Made by a program: the position numbers and the translations under genes
Notes under the pieces: model-generated
Databases searched by the model: none
Told to the model about the DNA's origin: nothing
What the model saw: only the letters and a program-made list of their open reading frames with translations
Part shown: in pieces, positions 36,747-47,232 of the stretch
How the letters are laid out: every line of letters begins with the position of its first letter
Position numbering within the stretch: the stretch's first letter is position 1
Assembly: GCA_008632985.1 (NCBI GenBank)
Contig: QPGO01000157.1
Span: forward strand, 124,001-181,696
Source: Psammoneis japonica
Lineage: Eukaryota
DNA: 57,696 nucleotides
Direction of reading: 5' to 3'

Positions 36747-36921
36747 CTCGCTGCGCCATTTTTTGTCGGATTTTTTCGAAAGAGAGATGGCAAAGGATTT
36801 CAAAATTGAATTGAGAACGAAGGCATTAAGAAAGAACATGCTTTTGTGTTTAATTAAGATGCAAACACATGATTGAACACAGCTGCATGATTTTCCCCGT
36901 GCACAAATTCCCGCCAAGCTT

Positions 36922-36961
36922 CAACGGTCAAAACCATTGCAACAAAATTGTTTGACCGTTG
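36922..36961. repeat. 11-bp perfect inverted repeat with 18-bp spacer between the two transposon genes
   Basis: caacggtcaaa (36922-36932) ... tttgaccgttg (36951-36961). Confidence 0.85.
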
Positions 36962-37438
36962 TTTTTGTCAATGGCTTGCAATTCGTTTAGAAAGCATTGT
37001 TGGCTTGCGTTGAACACATCATGCGAAAGCGGAGATCAAGAGCTTTCGGTCGCGCTGCACCGGTTGACAGGAACAACCACCGCTGATTGGGGGGCGCGCT
37101 TCCCCCTGACGTCACGGGTTGACCGCGCCAACCGGGGGGAGTCCTCAGTGGTTCCTGCCCGCAGGAGGCCGGCGCCGGAACCACCCCCGGAGCCGGTTCC
37201 CGGACAGGCCTGTGGTTGGTGAAGATGAGAACCTTCAGAACAGGACAAGACATAAAATCCACTTGTCGAAATGTTCTTTCTTCCCACTCGAATGTCAACA
37301 TGATTCGAAACGACTCCACTTGTCGAACGCCATGAGTGAGCGTTTGATTTCAAAAACCTCTTTTCTTTTGACAGTGAGGTGGGTGCACCCCAAAAGACGA
37401 TCCCTCGAGGCTATCATGATGAGCAGAACAGACCCAAG

Positions 37439-39490
37439 ATGGCGTCTCAGGTCTCCATGGGAGACTTGTTGGCCCAAACCATCACACCACCCAAGGTGGA
37501 TGGCACTTGTGTCACTGAGTGGAATGCATGCAAAAGGTGGGTGGATGAATCGCCGGCTCTGTCGGGGCCGCCTTACTTGACGCGAGACCAGGTCGACCGG
37601 CACTTCTTGGAGGCAGTGTCGAAACGAGACGTCACGCCAAAGTCGGCCAAGCGTGTCATTTGGTCACTGCAGCATCACTCATCTTGGGAGGAGCACAAAC
37701 CTCCCAATCCAAAATTCGTTGTGAGATCAGAGGCAGTTGACGTCGCTCTGGTGGCACACAAGGAGCGATGCGCCCAAAATTTGCTCACTGCGTTTGCATC
37801 AGCTCATGACAAGCTGCCTGCGGATGCTCTGTCTCGTGTTGCTGAGGATGAGACATTGAATTACATCATTCAATCTGCTGCTTGGAAGAACTTGGCAGTG
37901 TCATGGACCAGCTGCAGCCAGACCATGATGCGAGGCGATCAGCTCCGACTTGCACGCTATGCGGATGTTCACTGTGACGAAACTCACGGCCCCGGCAACC
38001 CAAACGAATCGGTCGCACGTCCAATGACAGCTCTGATTGAGCAACGGTTTGCAGGCAAACGAGGTTCCCACAAAAAAAGAGTTGCAGGCATGTGGCGGCA
38101 CCGCGACTGGAAGCGATGCGGAACCGGTGTGAACGCCGCCGTCGCCGCCTGCAGGTTTCACAGCGATGCGGAAATCCACTTCATGCATCAACATGACGGT
38201 TTCCCGGACTGGCACAAGCATGAACCAGTGGGTTGGAAAACATTAGACACGCACCGCAAGGCACACCAACGGGTGTACAGGGCAACAAAGACGTCGTGGG
38301 CAAAGTGCACTCACCTTCGCACCGCCGGCATCGATTCTAGCAACATGGGCGGGGCGACCAAGCAAAATGTTGAGCAGCAGACGAAACATGGAAAAGATTC
38401 ACTTGACGTCTCACACTTGCCTGAGATCCCTCCACAAGTGCAGTTGATTGCCGCCGGGTTCTCTAAGCTGCATGGGGAGAAGGTTTGCTACGTCCCTCGT
38501 ACCAACATGTCCTTCGGCGAACTAGTTCCCGGAAAACCAAACGTTGCTGACACTGAGTTGGCAGAGATGACATGGCCAAGACTGCCTGCATGGAAACAGC
38601 AACACAATGTTGGTCGTAAGTGGCCATGCGGTACAAACTTTTTGTGTGGGACCTTGCCTTTTTTCGCTCGCGTCCTGTGCCAAGACGGTGTCCACTGGGT
38701 CACGGAGTGTCCGCAGCACGAAGCATCCCGTCTGTTGGTTCGTGTTTTTGGCGGCAGGTGCATTGAGTGGGCAAGGGACAGGCTTCAAGAGTTGGCTGAT
38801 ATGGACACTGCAGAAGAAGACGAGATTCAAAATCTGAACATTGCTGCGCAGACAGCTTTCTCCTCGGTTCGTACCGATGCACAGGTTCTGGTTGGGAAAA
38901 TGGATCGACTGTCAGCAGAAGTTCAAAATTTCACTGACATTGTTCTGAGGCAAAACCAGCAGCAACAACAGCAGCAACGTGAGCAGATGCAGAGCATCAG
39001 AATGGCTGTGAGTAGTCGGAATGCGATTCAGACACGTACCGTATTGGATTCGAATCCAACTCGCTCGCGCATCGTTCAGCATCTGCCTCCGCCGCCGTCA
39101 GGTGCTGCTCAACCATGCTTTCCAAAAGAAATGCCAAAGACAATGACCAAATTGTTGGAGGAGCACCTGGAGTTTCAGTTGGAACAGTACAAAGGAGTGA
39201 GCAAAAAGAATTGGCAGGGTGGGGTCACTATGCAGCTCAGTCGTCGTTCATACCTGTATGGCTTGATTCTGAAACGGTCTGAGCGAGTGCGTGGTTTTTC
39301 AGACCGTGCCGCTGCACTCCAGGAATCTGCAAGGCTGATTGACGAGGAGAGAGGTACTATGTCACTCAGACAATTGTATGATACTTCCAAGGCTCAATCT
39401 AGTGATACCAAGCGCCGTAAGGTCGACCGCTCCCAAGGACCGAAGAAAAGATCGCGTCGCATCCAACCTCTCCCATCGGAAGATGTGTGA
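37439..39490 (+). CDS. Crypton-type (CryptonF/Ndc10-like) tyrosine recombinase with GCR1_C-like C-terminal domain; probable catalytic Tyr->His
   Basis: Open 683-aa frame. MMRGD (catalytic R), G.WRHRDWKRCGTG, THLR (H-x-R), TKH...SHLPEIP...AAGF (Crypton consensus Y-L-x-x-L-P...AGF). C-terminal 'PKTMTKLLEEH...W....SRRSYLY' resembles GCR1_C. Confidence 0.8.
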   Translation: MASQVSMGDLLAQTITPPKVDGTCVTEWNACKRWVDESPALSGPPYLTRDQVDRHFLEAVSKRDVTPKSAKRVIWSLQHHSSWEEHKPPNPKFVVRSEAVDVALVAHKERCAQNLLTAFASAHDKLPADALSRVAEDETLNYIIQSAAWKNLAVSWTSCSQTMMRGDQLRLARYADVHCDETHGPGNPNESVARPMTALIEQRFAGKRGSHKKRVAGMWRHRDWKRCGTGVNAAVAACRFHSDAEIHFMHQHDGFPDWHKHEPVGWKTLDTHRKAHQRVYRATKTSWAKCTHLRTAGIDSSNMGGATKQNVEQQTKHGKDSLDVSHLPEIPPQVQLIAAGFSKLHGEKVCYVPRTNMSFGELVPGKPNVADTELAEMTWPRLPAWKQQHNVGRKWPCGTNFLCGTLPFFARVLCQDGVHWVTECPQHEASRLLVRVFGGRCIEWARDRLQELADMDTAEEDEIQNLNIAAQTAFSSVRTDAQVLVGKMDRLSAEVQNFTDIVLRQNQQQQQQQREQMQSIRMAVSSRNAIQTRTVLDSNPTRSRIVQHLPPPPSGAAQPCFPKEMPKTMTKLLEEHLEFQLEQYKGVSKKNWQGGVTMQLSRRSYLYGLILKRSERVRGFSDRAAALQESARLIDEERGTMSLRQLYDTSKAQSSDTKRRKVDRSQGPKKRSRRIQPLPSEDV

Positions 39491-39919
39491 GGTTGAAGGA
39501 GGTCGAGTGTTTTTTGTGTTTTTGTAACTCTATAGCCCCTGCATTTTTTGTTTTCAATTTTTTCCATCCTCCCGTGTAGACCCCCAGTGAAAAATGTACC
39601 AGAAGAAAGGCTAAAAGCCGGTCAAGCCGCTGCTTTTGTTGTCTCACAACATTTAACGACGCGTCATCGGATCACTTAAGTGTCAGGGGTCACGTGAAAC
39701 TGTCGGACATTTTTTGATCGTGACTGAAAAGTCATCAATAAATGTTCTTTCATCGTCTATAATTGAATGATGTCCTGCCCCTAAGTAGAAAGGGCCTGCG
39801 TAGGTTTTGGTACTGATGTACGCGGTAACCGGCGCTCACCGAGGCCCTAACCCCCAGGCTCCAGAGAGCCTGATCGGTGTCCATACCTCAAAATCGACCA
39901 TACGAGCTATTTCGAGCTC

Positions 39920-39948
39920 CGGGTGTGCCTTTCTATCTGGCCAGTCTT
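39920..39948 (-). repeat. Right terminal inverted repeat (29 bp)
   Basis: cgggtgtgcctttctatctggccagtctt. Confidence 0.95.
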
Positions 39949-40217
39949 ATAGGGCCTAACGATGGGTCGAAGTAGTCGTAGGATGGAAGAGATAGGATGG
40001 ACAGACAGAACCTGCGCGCCATAATTGACAATGACATCCTCCTGACGTTTTGTTGACAGTTTTTCCATGGAATCGATGTGACGTGTTATTATTCATACAG
40101 CCCACATCGGAGGCGGAATGTTGGCTTCAACTTCCCGCACTCGTGCTACGTTGCTCGTTTTATTGATTGGGTGTTGTTCAATGTGCATCAAAACAAACAC
40201 GCTTGTACGTGGAGGAC

Positions 40218-41447
40218 ATGACTATCAAGAAAACGGGGCTCATTTTTTTCTTATCCATCACTGCTGCGAGATCTTCATTCCAACTTTCGACTACTCCTCA
40301 TCCACTAGAATCATCTCGTCGTGTATCACCCAATCTGCAACAAATGAAAATGACGAGCGACGACAACCAAAGAAACATCAAGGAGAAAGTTTATCCCCCG
40401 TCTCGTTTCGTTATCGACGATGATAACAAGAAATGGCGTCTCTGTGCCGGATGCGCAGTTCTCAACTCGAACAATGAATTGTTGGTCGGTGAACGTGTCA
40501 CGGTCAAGGATGCATGGCAGGCGCCTCAGGGAGGTGTGGATGATGCGTCAGAGTACGAAGATAGAGAAACAGTGTTTGAGGCAGCGTGTCGAGAGTTGTA
40601 CGAAGAAATGGGCTTGATCAGTGGCACTCATGCTGTTCCAGTAGACTTGCACGTCAAACCTGTTAGATACGAGACAGAGGGAACGTCAAGCTGGCTGACC
40701 AAGGCTGGTTTCGCTGGACAAGAGCTGCATTGGAACGTCTTTCGTTGTATCGATGGACCGGGTGACAGTGACCCGCGCCTCATGTGTTCTTTGAGCGGCG
40801 AGAATGGAGAAGAAGCTGAATTTTCAAACGTGAAATGGGCGTCGTTGGATTGGGTAGTTGAAAACATGTGGCCAAACAAACGTGCCGCCTACGAAAGACT
40901 CCGGGATACGCTGGAACCCACAATTCTAGAGTGGAACCGTAGATGCGCCTCGCTGGATTTTTCAGGGAAATGGGCCCGTGACTCGTCACAGTGTACGGGA
41001 GTAGCGGAAGCTTTAGTAGCAAGGGGATTGTCTCATGATGATGCGCAGGACGCTGCAAAGAACCCATACATTCAATCATTTTCAAGAGAATCAGCAGAAT
41101 CGACAACTTGGAAAATTACATCCTTTCATGTGGACGGTATATCGATACGTCGAGTACTAGAGTATCAAGTTGGGTCCTGGAAAGAACCTTTTCCTGCTGG
41201 ATCTGTGATATTAGGAAGCAACCCCCGCCCAGCTATGATCAATCGTCGAACGGCCTTTGTGGCAGAACCCCGAGCAGACAGTGGTATTGCACATTCAACT
41301 GTGTCCCATGTTCCAAATGGAATCGAGGAGTCAAGGAGATTCCTCAAGAACGGAAGCTTAATACTTGAACGAATATTCTGGCCCGTTGACACCGGCTTGC
41401 CGGTAGTGTCGACGGAGGTATTTCTTCGGTATGATCACATTATTTAG
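40218..41447 (+). CDS. Nudix hydrolase (RppH/Ap4A-hydrolase-like) with N-terminal signal and extra C-terminal domain
   Basis: 'WQAPQGGVDD...ETVFEAACRELYEEMGL' Nudix box, plus 'AGFAGQELHW' and 'EFSNVKW...KRAAYE' typical of RppH-like enzymes. Confidence 0.88.
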   Translation: MTIKKTGLIFFLSITAARSSFQLSTTPHPLESSRRVSPNLQQMKMTSDDNQRNIKEKVYPPSRFVIDDDNKKWRLCAGCAVLNSNNELLVGERVTVKDAWQAPQGGVDDASEYEDRETVFEAACRELYEEMGLISGTHAVPVDLHVKPVRYETEGTSSWLTKAGFAGQELHWNVFRCIDGPGDSDPRLMCSLSGENGEEAEFSNVKWASLDWVVENMWPNKRAAYERLRDTLEPTILEWNRRCASLDFSGKWARDSSQCTGVAEALVARGLSHDDAQDAAKNPYIQSFSRESAESTTWKITSFHVDGISIRRVLEYQVGSWKEPFPAGSVILGSNPRPAMINRRTAFVAEPRADSGIAHSTVSHVPNGIEESRRFLKNGSLILERIFWPVDTGLPVVSTEVFLRYDHII

Positions 41448-41505
41448 AGACTAATACTAGATGCTACTAGAAAGAAGAACTTAGTATAATCAATGCAATC
41501 TGTAA

Positions 41506-42990
41506 TCAAATGGAGAGCATTCCATCTTGTCCACCCTTGTCGTATACGTCAAGTCTCGTGACTGGTGAAATCTGATCCATCGTTTCTAACAAGTCTTGTC
41601 CTTTGTCGTACATTCCGAGGGAGCCGCCTGTATGCCAAAAGAGAATATTCTTTCCGCGAAAGGATTCGTCCAAGACTTGCGTCATGAAGTGAAACATGGC
41701 TTTTCCACTGTAGACGGGATCCAACACAATGCCGGTTTCGAGAGCAAATCGCGTGCAAAAGTTCAGTTCTTCCGCCGTGCTTGAAGCATATCCAAGGCCC
41801 TTGCCTTGATGGACAGTCATGTGTTGGCGAATAAAGCTCACAGCCGACATTGATGAGTGCTTGAATCCCATGTCGTTGGCGATTTCTGCAACGTAATTGT
41901 AAAAGTAATCCGGGTCGTCGCAGACGCCAACAGCATGAGCATGTGGCGCTTCTTTGACATCATCTCCCTTTTTAGAAAGACCAAGTCCGAGGGCTATTCC
42001 CGCTGCTGTACCCCCACTACCGCAAGCAAAGACAACATGATCGAGCGACTTTGTTTCTTCACTATTCCACTGCGTCATGAGTTCTTCAACGCCGTTGATG
42101 TATCCCCAACTGCCGAGACCATTGGAACCTCCCACAGGAATCGGATATGGATTCTGTTTTTCTCCTTTTTCAATTTGTTGCACAATCTTTCAACAAGACC
42201 CTTTGATCCGACCCTTCCGTACTAGTATAATGTGTAGGTATTTTCCAGGAAGCAATGTAAGAAAGAAAAGAGAAAGGTATGAACAGTAGTTAGAACCCAC
42301 GTTGCTTCCGAATGAACCATGTACAATGGTAAACACCTATCAACATACCTCCCCTGGTGTACAGGTATAAATCTGGCTTCCCACCATGCGATCAAATAAA
42401 ATGTTGCCTGTGAAGCCAAAGTTCTCCTCTTCACCAGTACAAACTGAATTGGCCCGTTTCGTTCGAAGAATCAAGTGTGGCTCGAGTCCCACCATGCGGC
42501 AGGCTGCAGCTGTAGCACGGCAGTGATTTGATTGCTCGCCACCAATGGTAACCACAGAGTCCGCGTTCTTTTCCAAAGCATGTGCCAGTAGAAACTCCAA
42601 TTTTCGAATCTTGTTCCCGCCCAATTCAACACCTCCCGTCATGTCGTCTCGTTTGATAAAGAGCGACACGTTCAAATCCACAAGTCCCTGCAGTATTGAC
42701 GGCTCGTCGTTCTTGTCTGTTATTTGTGGCGATGGTTTTACTTCATAAAGAGGCGTGGGGAGATTTGCCAAACTCAGTCTGCGCTGAGGGACATTTAACA
42801 AGACGTCCTTGGCCCATTTGGGTGCTTTGTATGTACGAGTGGTGGTTGGAACGGAGGCGAGTGCCTGAATGGTTTTCTGACTTCCGGAGCTCATCATGAC
42901 GATTAGTAAATTCCACAGCAATAGTACTGTAGGCTGTAATATGTTTGTGAGAGAGTTCAGTGATGTGCTAGGCCGCTGAAATACCGTCAT
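41506..42990 (-). CDS. D-cysteine desulfhydrase / ACC deaminase family PLP enzyme, 2 exons
   Basis: [57 protein letters not shown] and FWHTGG. Intron 42222-42348. A 1-nt frameshift lies in an A-run near 42160. Confidence 0.9.
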
Positions 42991-43149
42991 CGACGTCGTT
43001 CTAGTTACTGTAGAGAACGTTCATCTATAGCTATTTGCCTCTACTCTTCACTCTTCCGCCGACATCAGCGACTGTCGGTCTGTCGTCCCTGCCACATCCA
43101 GCTCGATCCAAAGCAATGCCACAAAAATGGCACTGCGCAGTGCCTCCTC

Positions 43150-45890
43150 TATAAAGAGTTTGTTGGCAGCTCTTCAGCCCACACCCAACAAGCTCATCTC
43201 ACAGCTGGGGTGACTCCTGTGTGTGTCTTTGACAAGGCAAGGCATCCAATGAAGAAGAGAGTGTTGTGCAGCGAGGAGCGTGGGGGGACCACGACCACAG
43301 GGGCAGAAAGGCAGAGCAGGCAACCTCTCATTTCTGGAGCTGGCCAACTCAACTCCAGCCATTGCAAAGAGCAAGAGAGACCTGTGTGCAAAAATCCTGT
43401 CCCAAATGTTGTTGCTTGCTTCTTGTGCTGCAAAAGAGTGGGGGTGCTTCTTGGCAACAGAGTGTCTGTGCTTTGAATGTGCTCAATTTGAGGCTCAGTG
43501 CCAGCTCATGTCAAGTTGACGACAGACAGCTGCAGACAAGGCCAGAGAGGCAAAGAAAAGTGATCCAAGTTGGATGGCAATGAACAAAAATCTCTGCACT
43601 TGCAGTTCTTGATTGTTGAGCAGCATGTGAGTGAGCCGTGAGAGCAGTGCTGTCTGCTTTTTGACAAGTGCCACGACATTCATGGAGAGGGGATGATGTG
43701 TGGGCTCTCTTGCACGTGCCTCCTCTCATGGCACCACAGGACATCAGGTGCAAGCAACATGCTCATGGGAAGTTGGGCATGCATTCAAGCATTTGGGTGT
43801 TTGCGCTGCCACCAAAATCTGCATCATCCAAGGAGGGCACTTTTTCTTGAGAGCAACTCCTCAAACTGCAGCTGAGTGCAGACAAGAACCCTCTTTTCTT
43901 GCCACTGAGCTTGAGATTTTGCGGCTCCTTTTGTCAGAGGATTTTTTTTGCTCTTTAGACCAAGAAAATCTGCAGCCTGAAGGATGAGACATGGGCTCAA
44001 TTTGCTCAGCTGCACTGAAAAGCTGGCAGCCCTGCAGTCAGTCCAGCACAGCGCAAAGGAGGGGAAGGAAGAGGAGGGCTGCCCAGACAATTGTCTGTTC
44101 AGGGCACTGAGCATGGGAGGGATGTTGCACAACAGGGTTGGAGAAATTTTTTGAGACTCCAAGTTGCAGCGCCAAACTGGCAGCACAGCTCAAGAAGCAC
44201 CGCTGCCCCCTCTTTCTGGCATGAGGAGACTGACAAGAGCTGTGCACTTGTGGGAGTGGGAGACAACGACACAAGGCGAGCATCATCTCTGCAGTCAAGC
44301 ATTGCTGTTTTTTGATGTTGTCATGACATTGAATGGCTTTGGACTGCTGCCCATCTAATTTGTTTTGATGAGCTTTTCCAGATGATGAGCTGGCAGACAG
44401 ACAATGTCTGTTTTGGGATCCCCTGTCCTCCTTCCTCAACAACAAACACACTTGGTGACAGGACAGTTGTTGGCACAGATGCAGACCATCCTTTTGGGGT
44501 CATTGTGCCAAAGGCCTCCATGATGTCTTCTCCTCAACAGACTGACTCTCCTGACAGTTGAACCCACAAATTCAATGCAAGCATTGCACCCCCAAACTTT
44601 TCTCAAATGTTCATTGAGCTGTTCAAGATTGTGCTGTGAGACATCTGCAGCACCAAGAGCACATCAACCAGTTTGTGGCAAAGAGAGAGGAGCCTGAACA
44701 AAAACAGGTTGTCAGAGTCTTGCTCTTTTTAGTCAAAGAAGCCAAGGCCCTTGTGATGAGCAAGTTGTGACTTTCCCATGATGAACAGAGCAATTTTGGT
44801 CAAACAGCAGACAGCAGTTGATGGCAAAGCTTTCAGAGGCAGCATGTTGCCAATTTTGCCTGTGATTGAGTGCTCAAAAACAAACTTGAAAAACTCAAGA
44901 ACATGGTCAACAAACCAATTCTTGCCCCGCTGGTCCTGTTCAAAGATCCCCCCAGGAGTCGTGTTGTTTGTGTTCTCATTGCTGAAGAAGTGGGTGGAAG
45001 ATTGCAAAACTTCAGTGCATGTGAGCATTGAGTGGCATGTTTCAAAGTGCATGCCTCTGACACACATCACAGTGATGGGGTCTTCTTTGCTCTCATTGCT
45101 CACGACAACAGGCACGCTGTCCTTTTGCAAATTCCTTCAAGGAGCTTGCTGACATCAAGTGGAGTTGTGTGTTTGAGATGAGCCCATCAATGCAAGAAGA
45201 CAAAAACATGTCTTGATCTGTGTCAAGGTTCAGTGCATGAAGGGTGGAACTAATGCAACACCACAGGCAGCAAAGTTTTGCTTGGGTGTCTAAAGAAAAA
45301 ACTGTGTGAGAGGCCTCAAAAAGCTGTGGGGAGAACTTCAGAACATTTGCCATGTGTTGGAGCAACAAAAGAAGAAGCTCACATTTCTTGTGATCTTCTT
45401 GCTGTGCTTTGGCTTGTGTGGTGCTCAAGAAAACATTCCAGAAACATTTCAGCTCTCCTCCACAGCAGCTGAGCAGTGGCGAAGAGCACCCCCTTTGCCT
45501 CTCCCTGCTTTTTGGAGTGTTTTTGGCAGCACTGTTTTGTCTCATTTGCACTGTGGCAGAGGACAAGGAAAAGGCAAGAAGAGTTCACCACATCTTGCAT
45601 GGGCACACCACCATGGCCCTTTTTCAAAACAAAGTGCCCATGATCTTGCAAGCAGCTGGCAGCTCAAAGAGGAGGCACAAAGGGGTCACTCTCCTGGCAG
45701 CCTGGCTTGCGCAGAAAAGTTGCCTCTGGCTGGGCAGAGGAGGAGACACCAGCCCCTGCAACTTTGTTGCTTCTTGCTGCCACAAAGCTGGCAGTGGAGA
45801 GAGACAGAGTGCAAAGAGACAGTGGAACAATGCCCACATGTCGAGGAAGCATGCATGTGTTGGGAGTTGGCAACGGCCACGGAAAAGAAT
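43150..45890. mobile_element. Second TpA/CpG-depleted degenerate repeat block
   Basis: Same composition as 5640-19300 (very few TA or CG; Cys/His-rich spurious ORFs). Family not identifiable. Confidence 0.6.
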
Positions 45891-46016
45891 GGCTCATTAC
45901 CCGAATAAAGCGGAGGCCGAGTCGTCGTCATTATTCATGCTGTACATGCGATGGCGAGCGGCGAGCGGCGAGCGTTCTTAAGGAAGTGAACGACGTGCAG
46001 CGAAAACAGCAGCGAC

Positions 46017-46627
46017 ATGGCGACAGGGTTGAGTTTCCCCTTGTTGAGACGGTGTTGCTTTCCATTAGTGCTGCAACTTGTCTTGTTGGCGCTGGGCACG
46101 TCATTCACATTTAGACAGCACATCCACCACTGCCTCCAAATTCAATTCACGACTTCCAACAATCTCGTCTGTTTTCTTCTCAAATCGACTACCTTGTTGA
46201 TGTACGAGGCGCTGTTCAAGACGCTGGTTTTGAGAAGGAATGGAAAGAGTCAGCTGCTTTGCTTTCGGAATCGCTTGGTCTTGAATTGGATGCAGCTGAG
46301 GCATGCTTAGCTGAAACATGGAAGTGGAAGAGCTTGGCCATCTGCAAGTCAAAGATCGCGAAGAAGTTCATCAAAACAATCGCTCCTGATAGCAAAGCCG
46401 TGCAGCAAGCCTTAGAATGGCTGAAAAACGGACCGTTGGCTCTGACCAATGAACAAGTAAAGGATTCTATTGCCGACAACCCTGAAGCTTATCTTCTGAA
46501 CCCCGAAAAGACCTACCATGAAGCGCTGAAAGCCGCACCAGAGGAATATTCAAGTCCTGACAAGTTCCGTGATTTGTTGCTGGAAAGATCCATCGGTACT
46601 AGCATGTACATACAATTGCATCGATGA
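46017..46627 (+). pseudogene. Helical protein fragment of unknown function
   Basis: Protein-like ORF 46259-46627 (…QALEWLKNGPLALTNEQVKDSIADNPEAYLLNPEKTY…) with no clean 5' end. It lies next to the mutated block. Confidence 0.35.
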
Positions 46628-47232
46628 TGGATGTGCGTCAGAGTGCGGCAATTGCTGGGTCTCGTACAAGAATCGTGTCTAGAGTCTAGACTGTGCAGCG
46701 CTCCGGAGGATCAAACGTGTCAACTACTGTCTAGAAAACGAAGTAGTCTAGTGCACTCTCAAGGGAGTCAGTCACATTAATTTTGCCTGTGATATGGATC
46801 TACCGGCACTATACTTATCACATACTGTAGCTTTAAAAAGACAGAATCAGCTTGGAAAACAAAAAATAGCTATGCTGTTCCAGACTTTGTGAGCAGCGTC
46901 AAACCTGGAGAAGTAAATAGTTACACAAAACTGCTAAAATTCACGTGTTCATATCTATGATTACCGTCATTGCATTGGATTGCTTCGGTAGGAACAGAAC
47001 CAGGGTCGGCTTGGCATCGAAGAATGAATTATTGTATTATATCAGTGAACGAATATATTTTCATGATGCTCATTTTTTTCTCTGTCATCTTCCAAAACTG
47101 CGCAGCGCCACAACGAAGACACCTTATTATTATGTTTACGATTGAGCATTGAGACCGACATTAGGTACGTTAGAAGCAGCAGCAACAGCCAAAAAGAGCG
47201 GCGACGGTGATACCATAGATTTTTCACCAGTC

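Larger units (their letters stand above)
34439..39948. mobile_element. 5510-bp TIR DNA transposon carrying a Sola-like DDD transposase and a Crypton-type tyrosine recombinase
   Basis: Perfect 29-bp terminal inverted repeats enclose two divergent ORFs that fill most of the element. Confidence 0.9.

Noticed and set aside
39845..39855. Telomere-like CCCTAACCC
   Set aside because: Only about one and a half units, which is expected by chance.
19743..41447. Functional cluster of two dinucleoside-polyphosphate hydrolase-like genes (ApaH-like and Nudix)
   Set aside because: They are ~19 kb apart, substrates are unproven, and there is no evidence of co-regulation.
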